From Polyangiales bacterium (GTDB lineage Bacteria > Myxococcota_A > Polyangia > Polyangiales > Ga0077539): a DNA stretch of 64,000 bases. The DNA lies in the NCBI GenBank assembly GCA_044229975.1, contig JBGARZ010000017.1, forward strand, positions 96,001 through 160,000, in the 5' to 3' direction. The translations under genes and the position numbers were made by a program. Numbering within the stretch: position 1 is the first letter of the stretch; each line of letters starts with the position of its first letter. A model generated the notes under the pieces. The model was not told where the DNA came from, did not search any database, and was given only the letters and a program-made list of their open reading frames with translations. Shown here in pieces: positions 51,132 to 63,284 of this stretch.

Positions 51132-52541
51132 TCACTTCAACACCATCGCGACGACGGCCGCGCCGACCACGACGAGGGTCAGGACGAACCCAACCCACGG
51201 ACCGCGCGCCCAGGCGAACGCGGGCGGTTCGGTGGGGGCCGGGATGAAGTCCAAGCGCTGCCGACGATGCGGGACATGGACGTTCGGAGGCGGAGCCACG
51301 GACGGAGGTCGCTGCCTGGGTACGAGCTCGGTGCCGATCTCGGGATCGCTGACGGGCGCAGCGACCTGCGACTTCGCGGGGAGCGGTCGCGTCGGGACAC
51401 GATCGTCGTCGTCCGTCACCTCGACTGCGGGTGCGGCTGCGGGCGCAGCCTCCACGGGTTGTGGCAACGCATCCGGCGCCGGAGCGCTGGGGACGATGGC
51501 GTGCAGCTCGAAGGGCTCGGCCGTGACACCACGACGCGACGCCTGACGCTCGCGACGGGCGCCCAGCTTCTCCTCGACGTCGTGGAGAAACTCGTCCGGC
51601 AGGATGTCGTTGATGCCCTCGAAGGCGCTGGGCCGCGGCATGAATCCGAGGGCGAGCTCGGGCGTGACGTTCTTCCAGATCGCGCACCCGGCGAGCGCCG
51701 CGCGAAACTCCGCCATGGTGCGGTAGCGCTTGTTGAGCTCGCGCTCGAGCGCGCGATGCACCACCGCTTCGAGGTCGGCGGCGACGTCGGGGAGGTGATC
51801 TCGGAGCGGCGTCGGGCGACCGTAGATGATCTGCGCCATCACGGCGTTGGGGTTGCTCGCGCCGAAGGGGAGCGTGCCGCAGAGCATCTCGTAGAGCATC
51901 GTGCCGACGCTCCAGATGTCGGTGCGCGCGTCGATGGAGCTGTCACCCAGCGCCTGCTCGGGGGACATGTACCAGGGCGTCCCGAAGACCATGCCCGTCG
52001 CCGTGCGCTCGTTGCGGTCGAGCGCGTCGATGACCTTGGCGATGCCGAAATCGATCGCCTTCGGCACCACGACCCCGTCGTCGGTCTCGTGCAGGAAGAC
52101 GTTCTCCGGCTTGATGTCACGATGCACGATGCCGACGGCGTGCGCGGCGACGAGCGCGTCCATCACCGGGAGCGCCACCGCGATGGTCGACAGCGACGAG
52201 AGGCTCCCGAGCTCGTTGAGGCAGCCCGAGATGTCGGCGCCCCGCAGCAGCTCCTGCACGATGAAGCGCGTGCGCAGCCGCTCGTCGTTGCCGAAGCCGT
52301 GAACGCCCACGATGTTGGGGTGCCCGATGCGCGACGCGGCCTGCGCCTCGCGCTCGAAGCGCTTCACCAGATCCTCCCGATCGTAGAGGTCCTCGCGCAG
52401 GGTCTTGAGGGCGACCACGTCCCCGGTCTCCGCGTCCTCGACCCGGTACACCGCGCCCATGCCGCCCTGGCCCAGCACGCCGCATACGCGGTAGCGCCGG
52501 GCGACCATCGTTCCCTCTGCCAAGAGCGTCGGTTCAGCCAT
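51132..52541 (-). CDS. Ser/Thr protein kinase with C-terminal TM
   Basis: LGQGGMGAVY, VALK, HPNIV, HRDIKPEN, DFGIAK, GTPWYMSPEQ, DIWS.G. Confidence 0.95.
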   Translation of the reverse strand: MAEPTLLAEGTMVARRYRVCGVLGQGGMGAVYRVEDAETGDVVALKTLREDLYDREDLVKRFEREAQAASRIGHPNIVGVHGFGNDERLRTRFIVQELLRGADISGCLNELGSLSSLSTIAVALPVMDALVAAHAVGIVHRDIKPENVFLHETDDGVVVPKAIDFGIAKVIDALDRNERTATGMVFGTPWYMSPEQALGDSSIDARTDIWSVGTMLYEMLCGTLPFGASNPNAVMAQIIYGRPTPLRDHLPDVAADLEAVVHRALERELNKRYRTMAEFRAALAGCAIWKNVTPELALGFMPRPSAFEGINDILPDEFLHDVEEKLGARRERQASRRGVTAEPFELHAIVPSAPAPDALPQPVEAAPAAAPAVEVTDDDDRVPTRPLPAKSQVAAPVSDPEIGTELVPRQRPPSVAPPPNVHVPHRRQRLDFIPAPTEPPAFAWARGPWVGFVLTLVVVGAAVVAMVLK

Positions 52542-52550
52542 CGATGGAGC

Positions 52551-54878
52551 TCACGTCAGTGGACCTTCGCCGCGACCGCAGACCGCGGACACCTGGCGCA
52601 GGTCGGTCTTGCCATCGAGGGCCTTCTCGATGCCGTCCTGGAGGAGCGTCGTCATGCCCGAGGCCCTCGCGATCGCGCGCAGCTCGGTGATGTTGGCCCG
52701 ACGCTGGATCGCGCGCCGAAGGTCGTCGTTGACCACGAGAAACTCGTGGAGCCCCACGCGTCCCTTGTAGCCAGTCTTCCCGCACGCGTCGCACCCCGTC
52801 GCGCGGCAGAGCGTCGCCGAGCGGTCGTCGCGCAGCCGCTGGATCTTCGGGTGGGTGCCTCCGTACATCCGTTCGATCTCGTCGACCTCCGCGCGCGCGG
52901 GGCGGTAGTGGTCGACGCACTTGGGGCACATCCCGCGGGCGAGGCGCTGGGCCAGCACGCCGCAGAGCGCGTCACCAAACGTGAAGGGCTCGACGCCCAT
53001 GTCGATGAGCCGGGTGATGGTCTCCGGCGCGCTGTTGGTGTGCAGCGTCGAGAACACCAGGTGACCCGTGAGCGACGCTTCCACCGCGATGCCGGCCGTC
53101 TCCGGGTCGCGCATCTCGCCCACCATGATGACGTCCGGGTCGGCGCGCAGAAACGAGCGCAGCGCCGCCGCGAAGGTGAACCCGATGCGGGGCTGCACCT
53201 GCACCTGTCGCAGGCCCGCCTGGGTGATCTCCACCGGGTCCTCGGCGGTCCAGATCTTCATGTCGGGCGTGTTGATGGCGCCGAGCATGGAGTGCAGCGT
53301 CGTGGTCTTGCCCGACCCGGTCGGTCCCACGCACAGGATCAACCCGTGCGGCTGGGCGATGGCCCCGCGCACCTCCTTCAGGTTGCGCTCGCTGAAGCCC
53401 ACCCGGTCGATGGGCATCGGTCGGGACGACGCCAGCACGCGCATCACCACGTCCTCGTTGCCGTTGACCGTGGGGATGGAGGCCACGCGCAGCTCCACCA
53501 TCTTGTCGTGGAAGCGGAAGCGGATCTTCCCGTCCTGCGGCTTGCGGCGCTCGGCGATGTCGAGGTTCGCCATCACCTTCACGCGCGCCACCAGCGCCGA
53601 GCGCACCGACGCTGGAAACTCCTGGTACGCCTCGCACTCGCCGTCGACGCGGAAGCGCACCACCACGTCGCGCTCGTCGCCGTAGGGCTCGATGTGGATG
53701 TCCGACGCGCCCTTGCGGCACGCGTCGGCGATCACCTGGTTGACCAGCTTGATGACGGCGCTGTCCTGCGCGTCGAGGTCTTCGCCCGCGCCGACCGCCT
53801 CCACCGCGCTCCGCTGCGACTCGGCCGCGAGCTGCGCCAGGATCTTCTTGAACTCCCCTTCTCCCTTGTCGATGTTGCCGAGGGCCGCGTCGACGAAGCG
53901 CTTCAACTGCGTCGGGGTCGCGAGCACCTCGCTCACCCGGCGCTTGAGGTGCACGCGCACGAAGTCGATGCCGTCGGTGTTGAGCGGGTCCGCCACCGCG
54001 AGCGTCACCACCCGGTCGGTCAGGGCGATGGGGAGCACCAGGTGCTTCTCGATCACCTCGCGCGGAATCGAGCGCACCGCCTCGGGCTCGATGGTCACCT
54101 GGTCGAGGTCGACGAAGGGCATCGAGAACTTCTCGGCCAGCGTCAGCGCCAGGTCGGCCTCGGTGATGATCCCCATCCCCACCAGCACGTCGCCGAGCTT
54201 GCGCCCCATGCGTCGCTTCTGCTCGTCGAGCCCCGCCTGGATGTCCGCCGCGGTCGCGAGCCCCGCCTCCACCAGCACCTCGCCGATGCGCATGCGCTTG
54301 CGCGCCTGGAGCTCGACGGCCTGCGCCACCGCCTCTGCGGTGACGCGCTTCTGCTCGACGAGGATCTGCCCGAGCGGCGCCGCCCTCTGCGCCGCCTGCG
54401 CCTGGAGTCCGCGCGCCAGAGGCTCCGGCCCGATCACCCCCTTCCGCATCATCATCGCGCCGATGGGCTCGACCAGCTCCCGGGCCGTGACCCCGTGGTG
54501 ATAGAACCAGAACTCGCGGAAGGGGCTCTCCTCCTCGGTGCTCGCGGCGAAGAACCCCAGCGGGTGCTGGAGCGCCGCCACGTCGACCTTCACCGCGAGC
54601 TTTCGCCCGCCCACGGCATGGACGCGGAGCAGCCGGTTGGCCGTCGGCAGCGTGCGCGGCGGGTGGCCGTCACCGCGGTGAAACCCGACCCACGCGACCC
54701 GCTCGGCCGCGACCATCTTCACCGACCCTTCGATCGTCCGCTCGCTCAGCTCGATGCGATGGTCGCTCGCGTTGGGCACGAAGGCCGACAGCCGCCCCAC
54801 CCACTGCTCGCCCGTCACCGTCACCACGGTGACCGTCGTCCCCGCCTTCACCGCGTCCACTGCTCGATCCATCGCCAT
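52551..54878 (-). CDS. PilB/GspE-family ATPase 2 (N-terminal beta-barrel repeats + four MshEN-type motifs)
   Basis: RIGEVLVEAGL, KLGDVLVGMGII, GASDIHIEP, GPTGSGKTTTL, CPKC...CDAC. Confidence 0.9.
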   Translation of the reverse strand: MAMDRAVDAVKAGTTVTVVTVTGEQWVGRLSAFVPNASDHRIELSERTIEGSVKMVAAERVAWVGFHRGDGHPPRTLPTANRLLRVHAVGGRKLAVKVDVAALQHPLGFFAASTEEESPFREFWFYHHGVTARELVEPIGAMMMRKGVIGPEPLARGLQAQAAQRAAPLGQILVEQKRVTAEAVAQAVELQARKRMRIGEVLVEAGLATAADIQAGLDEQKRRMGRKLGDVLVGMGIITEADLALTLAEKFSMPFVDLDQVTIEPEAVRSIPREVIEKHLVLPIALTDRVVTLAVADPLNTDGIDFVRVHLKRRVSEVLATPTQLKRFVDAALGNIDKGEGEFKKILAQLAAESQRSAVEAVGAGEDLDAQDSAVIKLVNQVIADACRKGASDIHIEPYGDERDVVVRFRVDGECEAYQEFPASVRSALVARVKVMANLDIAERRKPQDGKIRFRFHDKMVELRVASIPTVNGNEDVVMRVLASSRPMPIDRVGFSERNLKEVRGAIAQPHGLILCVGPTGSGKTTTLHSMLGAINTPDMKIWTAEDPVEITQAGLRQVQVQPRIGFTFAAALRSFLRADPDVIMVGEMRDPETAGIAVEASLTGHLVFSTLHTNSAPETITRLIDMGVEPFTFGDALCGVLAQRLARGMCPKCVDHYRPARAEVDEIERMYGGTHPKIQRLRDDRSATLCRATGCDACGKTGYKGRVGLHEFLVVNDDLRRAIQRRANITELRAIARASGMTTLLQDGIEKALDGKTDLRQVSAVCGRGEGPLT

Positions 54879-54890
54879 CTCCCGTCTCCC

Positions 54891-55822
54891 TCAAGGTTGC
54901 GCCGCGAAGACCCGGTTTCGCCCGTTGTGTTTGGCCTGGTAGAGCGCCCAGTCCGCCGCGGCCACGAGGGGGTCGCCGTCGTTCTGTCCCGGCAGCATCG
55001 TCGCGACGCCGACGCTCACGGAGACCCACGGAGCGGCCGCGCCTCCACCGTGTGGCAGCCGCAGCGCCTGCACCGCCTCGCGGAAGCGCTCCGCCCGCGC
55101 GAGCGCCGCCGCCGAGCCGTGCCCCGGCAGAATCAGCGCGAACTCCTCGCCTCCGTACCGCGCCGCGACCTCGCCCGCGCCGCTCCGCTGTGCGCCCAGC
55201 AGCGACGCCACGGTGCGCAGGCACTCGTCGCCCGCCTGGTGCCCGCGGGTGTCGTTGAAGGCCTTGAAGTGGTCGACGTCGATCATCAGCAGCGACAGCG
55301 GCGCGTCGGCGAAGGTCGCGTCGCGAGCCAGGCGCCGGAGCGACTCGTCGAAGCACCGCCGGTTGGAGAGACCCGTGAGCCCGTCCTGCTGGCTCAGCCG
55401 CGCGAGCTCCTCGTTGGCGTCCGCGAGGCGCGCCGTCAGCTCGCTCATGCGCCGGCGCATGTCGTCGATGCGCTGCATCGCGCGGATCTTGGCGTGCAGC
55501 ACCACGAAGCTCACCGGCTTCACGAGGTAGTCGTCGCCGCCCGCGTCGATGCCCTTCTCCAGGTCGAGGTCGGCCTCCGCGGCGGACAGGAAGATGATGG
55601 GCGTCCAGCCGTCGGGCTCCAGCGCGCGGATGCGCCGCGCCGTCGCGTACCCGTCCATCACGGGCATGATCGCGTCCATCAGCACGAGGTCGGGCTTCTC
55701 CTGGCGCCAGAGCGCGAGGCCCTTCTCGCCGTCCTCGGCCTCCAGCACCTGGTGGCCCATCCGCGCGATCATCGCCGCGAGCTTGGCCCGCACGACCCTC
55801 TGGTCCTCCACCACCACGATCT

Positions 55823-55826
<4 letters not shown>
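54891..55826 (-). CDS. REC-GGDEF diguanylate cyclase
   Basis: GTG overlaps the upstream stop; MDAIMPVMDG; DGLTGL.NRR, DVDHFK.FND..GH.AGD, RYGGEEF. Confidence 0.92.
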
Positions 55827-58585
<2,759 letters not shown>

Positions 58586-58598
58586 CCCGATGGCTCCC

Positions 58599-58643
58599 TC
58601 AGGCCTCGCCCACGAAGGTGACCGTCATCTGTCGGGTCTTCAT
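58599..58643 (-). pseudogene. Scar of an internally deleted FIST/NosP-like gene (14 codons)
   Basis: ATG..TGA mini-ORF MKTRQ-MTVTFVGEA; resembles the first and last residues of FIST proteins (..HNQTMTVT...E); 13 bp upstream of the kinase. Confidence 0.55.
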
Positions 58644-58671
58644 GGCCATCGACCGGTCCGTGAGGTGTTGG

Positions 58672-59853
58672 TCAGACGAGGGCCGCGGGCGCGGGGGGCG
58701 CCGCCGCCTCGACGCGGTTGCGACCCGCGCGCTTGGCCCGGTAGAGGGCGCGATCGGCGGACTCGACGAGCGAGTCGACCGAGGCCGCGCCGTCCCAGCT
58801 CGCGAGGCCGAAGCTGGCGGTGACCGCGATGACGCGGCCGCCCGAGTCCACCGGGCGCGCGGCGATCGCGACACGAAGGCGCTCGGCGACGCTCGTCCCC
58901 TTGACGAGGTCGCACCCGGGCAGGACGACCACGAACTCCTCGCCTCCGTAGCGAGCGACGAGGTCGTACGGGCGCAGGGTGGTCTGGAGACGCTCGACCA
59001 CGGCGCGGAGCACCGCGTCGCCCCCGGGGTGGCCGTAGGTGTCGTTGATCTGCTTGAAGTGATCGAGGTCGAGGAGCAGCAGCGAGACGCGCGTGCCTTC
59101 GCGCCGTGAGCGCACCAGCTCGCGCTCCAGGACACGGACGCCTTCGCCCCGGTTGAGCGCGCCGGTGAGCGGGTCGTAGAGGGCGAGGCGTCGCAGCACC
59201 TCGCGGGAGCGATGGAGCTGCCGCGCACGCCGTTCGAGCCGGCACGAGTTCTTCAGGGCGTTGAGGAAGTCCCGGTGAAACTGGGCTCCCTGGAGCCACA
59301 GGAAGACGACGTAGAAGATGAGCGTGAGGGCGAGGCCGGTGGAGAACTGGTCGGGGTGATAGAGCGTGGCCGTCGCGAGGATGGGGCCGACCAGCGCGAC
59401 GGTGTACGCGCGGAGCACCGTCGGCACGGGCGCGCAGCTGTTGACGGTGGCGGAGAGGACGCCCGCCGTCACGACGAGCACGAGGGTGGTCTGGGCGCCG
59501 AGGCCGTTGACGACGAGGCACGCCGCCGCCATCAGCCCCCAGTGAAAGCCCGCGAGCACCGTCACGAGCCCGAACTGCCGGAGCCACCGGCGGGAGCGAC
59601 TCCGGGCCTCCTGGCCGACGACCCGCGCGAGGTGCCAGTTCCACCCGACGAAGAGGAGCCGCACGGCGATGGCCGCGAGCGCGAAGGCCGGGTGCGCGAC
59701 GACCGTCGACGTGACCACCAGCATGAACACCACGAGGGCCGCGCTCGACAACGACGTGAGCCGCGCGCGCCGCGCGAGCGTCGTCTCGATCTGGGAGCGT
59801 AGCGGCAACGGTGGCAACGGTGTCGGTAGCGGGGCGTACTCCTCTACGGTCAC
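58672..59853 (-). CDS. Membrane-bound diguanylate cyclase
   Basis: About 6 TMs; DPLTGALNR, DLDHFK.INDTYGH..GD, RPYD I-site, RYGGEEF. Confidence 0.92.
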   Translation of the reverse strand: MTVEEYAPLPTPLPPLPLRSQIETTLARRARLTSLSSAALVVFMLVVTSTVVAHPAFALAAIAVRLLFVGWNWHLARVVGQEARSRSRRWLRQFGLVTVLAGFHWGLMAAACLVVNGLGAQTTLVLVVTAGVLSATVNSCAPVPTVLRAYTVALVGPILATATLYHPDQFSTGLALTLIFYVVFLWLQGAQFHRDFLNALKNSCRLERRARQLHRSREVLRRLALYDPLTGALNRGEGVRVLERELVRSRREGTRVSLLLLDLDHFKQINDTYGHPGGDAVLRAVVERLQTTLRPYDLVARYGGEEFVVVLPGCDLVKGTSVAERLRVAIAARPVDSGGRVIAVTASFGLASWDGAASVDSLVESADRALYRAKRAGRNRVEAAAPPAPAALV

Positions 59854-60403
59854 GAGTCGACTCCCTCCACATGGCTGACTCCCTCCTACGGGTCACCGGC
59901 GGCCCGGATACGGTACTCGGAAAATCAAACATGGAAACACCAATTAACAACCGTCACGTATATGACAATCGAATCGGATGGGTCGCGCCGAGCCCTTGTC
60001 GCCAAAGACCACTGCTTGTGCCGACCACCTCAAGTCGCCATCCCCTCCGTCGCGCTGCTTGTCTTTTCCGAAAAACAAGTCATTCAATCGCCACTTGTCA
60101 GGAAGTCGACACGGGCGCCGCGTCCGCATCTGCGGCCTTCAGGGGCTGCGGACTGACTGCCCGATGGCTGTCCGGTGAACGCGTATTGCGTGTCATGACG
60201 AGCAGTCCCCGTCCCGTCATTGTATTGACGATTGACGTACGCTTGCGCCTGTCACTATAGGAGTGCGAATCCGCTGGCATCGGCTTCACAGTACATGGGG
60301 TCGCATCACTGATTGTCGCGATATCCCACTCCATGACGCGCCCGTACGACGGTCGGTGGGTTCGTAACAGGTAGCCCGTGACGTGCAGCAACCAAGAGGT
60401 GTG

Positions 60404-61558
60404 ATGAGCGCAGTAGTGCCAGAGGGACAGGATGCGATCGACGCCAATCGTCGGGTGCTCGTCGTCGACGACGACGCCTCGGTGCGGAGCCTGTTGCGGA
60501 GGGTGGTGCGCCACGAGGGATACACCTGCGTCGACGCCGCGTCGGTGGAGGAGGCGCTCGAACAATTGGACGCCGTCGACGTGGTCGTCGCCGACCTTCA
60601 ACTGGGCGACCTGACAGGGATCGATCTATTGCAGGCCATGCGGAAGCGGCACCTCGATCAGCCGTTCATCCTACTGACAGGCAGACCCAGCCTCGAATCA
60701 GCCACGGCAGCCGTTGAACACGGTGCGTATCGCTATCTGCTCAAGCCCTTCGTTCCGGCCGACCTCGGGCGCCTCCTGCGAGACGCCGTCCAGTCGCGCG
60801 CCCCGCACCAGACCCTCGCGCCGCCGGAGGGTCGCGGGAAGCTGGAGCGCAGCCTTCAGTCGGCCCTCGACCAGGCGTGGATCGCATTGCAGCCCGTGGT
60901 CGCGACGAGCACCCATGCCTCCATCGGCTACGAGTGCCTCCTGCGGTCGCGCAGCGCGGAGCTGCCCCACCCTGGCGTGATCCTGGAGGCCGCCGAGCGC
61001 CTGGGCTCCCTGCAAGACCTCGGTCGACGCATTCGCGCGATGGCCACGGACGTGATCGAGGGCTCCCCGGATGCCTGCACGTTCTACGTCAACCTGCACC
61101 CCGCCGACCTCGCCGACCCGGAGCTTTGCGATCGCATGTCCCCGCTGTCGCGCGTGGCGTCGCGCGTCATCCTGGAGCTCACCGAGCGGAGCCCGCTGGA
61201 GGGGGGCACCCGCTTGAACGCGACCCTCGCCTCGCTCCGTTCGCTGGGCTTCCGCATCGCCGTCGACGACCTCGGCGCGGGCTACGCGGGGCTCAGCTAC
61301 TTCACCGAGGTTCACCCGGAGGTGGTCAAGCTCGACATGTCGCTCGTCCGCGGCATCGACAAGGATGAGGTGAAGCGGCGGGTGGTGCAGTCGATGACCG
61401 AGCTCGCCCTCTCCCTCGGCATCGAGGTCGTGGGCGAGGGGGTGGAGACCGTCGGGGAGCGCGACACGCTCGCCAGCATCGGGTGCACGCACCTCCAGGG
61501 CTACCTCTTCGCGAGGCCCTCTCCGCCCTACCCCACCGCGCGGTGGGACCACGTGTGA
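60404..61558 (+). CDS. REC-EAL phosphodiesterase
   Basis: REC, then QPVV, ECLLR (EAL variant), VN, ELTE, DDLGAGY, KLD, EGVE, QGY. Confidence 0.9.
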   Translation: MSAVVPEGQDAIDANRRVLVVDDDASVRSLLRRVVRHEGYTCVDAASVEEALEQLDAVDVVVADLQLGDLTGIDLLQAMRKRHLDQPFILLTGRPSLESATAAVEHGAYRYLLKPFVPADLGRLLRDAVQSRAPHQTLAPPEGRGKLERSLQSALDQAWIALQPVVATSTHASIGYECLLRSRSAELPHPGVILEAAERLGSLQDLGRRIRAMATDVIEGSPDACTFYVNLHPADLADPELCDRMSPLSRVASRVILELTERSPLEGGTRLNATLASLRSLGFRIAVDDLGAGYAGLSYFTEVHPEVVKLDMSLVRGIDKDEVKRRVVQSMTELALSLGIEVVGEGVETVGERDTLASIGCTHLQGYLFARPSPPYPTARWDHV

Positions 61559-61595
61559 CGCTCCTCCTTCCCGCAGACGCGATCGAGGCACTCGG

Positions 61596-62891
61596 ATGAA
61601 GATGGTCATCGTCGACGACAACTCGGCTGCCAGGGAGCGCAGCCACCCACCGTCCGGGCAGAGGAGCGCGATCATGGGCACGGACTCCGCGCCGGGCACC
61701 TTCGCCGGGCTCTCGGCGGGCTCCATCGACTGCGTGCTGCTCGACTACCCCGACTCGCTCCCGGTGCTGCACTGGGCGACCGACCGCACCTCCACCGTCA
61801 CCTACCTCGGCGGGGCGAGCCTCCAGCGGCTGGGCCTGCACGCCGTGTCGAGCGTCGGCCTGGGCGTCGGGATTCTCACCGAAGACGCCGTGGCGCGGGC
61901 CCACATGGAGCGGGCGCACCAGCGGGCGATGGACGGCGTCGAGACGACGTTTCGCGCCGACCTGGGCGGGCGCTTCTTCCGCTGCCACGTCGCCCCGCTG
62001 CGGGCGCGGGACGGCGCCGCGGTCGGAGCGAGGGGGGTGGCGCTGGACATCACCGACCAGATCAATCTGGAGCGGCAGATCCGTCACGTCGTGAAGACGG
62101 AGGCGGTGGGTCGCCTGGCGGGGAGCGTCGCGCACGACCTCAACAACTGCCTCTCGGCCATGCTCGGGTTCGTCGGCTACGCGCGGGAGACGCTCGGCGC
62201 CGAGACCTCCGCCGCGGCCGACCTCGACGAGGTGCTGCGCGTGGGAGACAGGGCCGTCGAGCTGATCCGGCAGTTCATGAGCTTCGCCCGGTCGCCGACG
62301 ACCGATGTCCGGGCGATCGACGTCGCGGCATCCCTCGAAGCGGCGCTCCCGCTGCTCCGGCGCATCGCGGGCGCCGACGTCCGGCTCTCTCTCGTCCGCG
62401 AGGACGATCTGTGGGGCAGCGACCTCGACCCGTCGCTGCTGGAGCAGGCCGTGATCAACCTCGTGCTCAACGCCTGCGACGCGATGCCCGAGGGCGGCCG
62501 GGTCGACCTCACGCTGCACAATGCCAGCGTCGGGGAGGCGATCGTCCAGGGCCCCAGGCGGCGGGTGGAGCCCGGCGAATACGTGGTGCTGTCGGTGTCC
62601 GACGAAGGGCACGGTATTCCGCGCGACATTCAAGACAGCATCTTCGATCCGTACTTCTCCACCAGGACGCGGGGCCACGGCAGCGGGCTCGGCCTCAGCA
62701 CCGTCCGCGAGATCGCGCTCCAGATGGGCGGGGCAGTCATGGTCGACTCGGAGGTCGGCAAGGGGACGACCTTCCGCGTCTACCTCCCCCGGACGCCAAC
62801 CGCCACCGGGCGCGTCGGTTCGCCATCGCTGTCGCGAGGGTACGAAGACCCCAACACCGCTCACCGCTCAGTCGTGAGGAGCCATCCATGA
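61596..62891 (+). CDS. Histidine kinase, internally deleted paralog of 40087..42030
   Basis: IDCVLLDY joined directly to LPVLHW (PAS); VAHDLNN, NACDAM, GSGLGL; no C-terminal REC. Confidence 0.8.
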   Translation: MKMVIVDDNSAARERSHPPSGQRSAIMGTDSAPGTFAGLSAGSIDCVLLDYPDSLPVLHWATDRTSTVTYLGGASLQRLGLHAVSSVGLGVGILTEDAVARAHMERAHQRAMDGVETTFRADLGGRFFRCHVAPLRARDGAAVGARGVALDITDQINLERQIRHVVKTEAVGRLAGSVAHDLNNCLSAMLGFVGYARETLGAETSAAADLDEVLRVGDRAVELIRQFMSFARSPTTDVRAIDVAASLEAALPLLRRIAGADVRLSLVREDDLWGSDLDPSLLEQAVINLVLNACDAMPEGGRVDLTLHNASVGEAIVQGPRRRVEPGEYVVLSVSDEGHGIPRDIQDSIFDPYFSTRTRGHGSGLGLSTVREIALQMGGAVMVDSEVGKGTTFRVYLPRTPTATGRVGSPSLSRGYEDPNTAHRSVVRSHP

Positions 62892-63271
62892 CCACCGCAA
62901 GAACCTCCCTGGCGACGGACGCCGCCGACAACCGTCTGTCTCCGCGCATCGACGCCGAGTTCGAGGTCACCGCGCACAGCGAGAACAACTTCTATCAGGG
63001 CCTCTCGGAGAACCTCTCGGAGGGCGGACTCTTCTTCGAGACGTACGCGACTCACCAGATCGGCGACCGCCTGGAGGTGCGCTTCACGCTGCCCGGGAGT
63101 GACACCACCATCGAGGCCGAGGTCGAGGTGCGATGGGTGCGACCGCACAACCCCCTCAGCGATACAGCGCCCGGAATCGGGGTGAGGTTTCTCCGCCTCG
63201 ACCCGGCCGCCCGAAGCCAGATCGAGCGCTTTACCCGAAAGCGAAACCCGTTGTTCTACGAAGGCGGCTGA
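62888..63271 (+). CDS. PilZ-domain protein (myxobacterial TIGR02266-like)
   Basis: RLSPR (RxxxR), SENNFY.G.SENLSEGGLF, EVRWVR, PGIGVRF, R.PLFYE; ATGA coupling to the upstream gene. Confidence 0.88.
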   Translation: MTTARTSLATDAADNRLSPRIDAEFEVTAHSENNFYQGLSENLSEGGLFFETYATHQIGDRLEVRFTLPGSDTTIEAEVEVRWVRPHNPLSDTAPGIGVRFLRLDPAARSQIERFTRKRNPLFYEGG

Positions 63272-63284
63272 TCTCTGGAGACCC

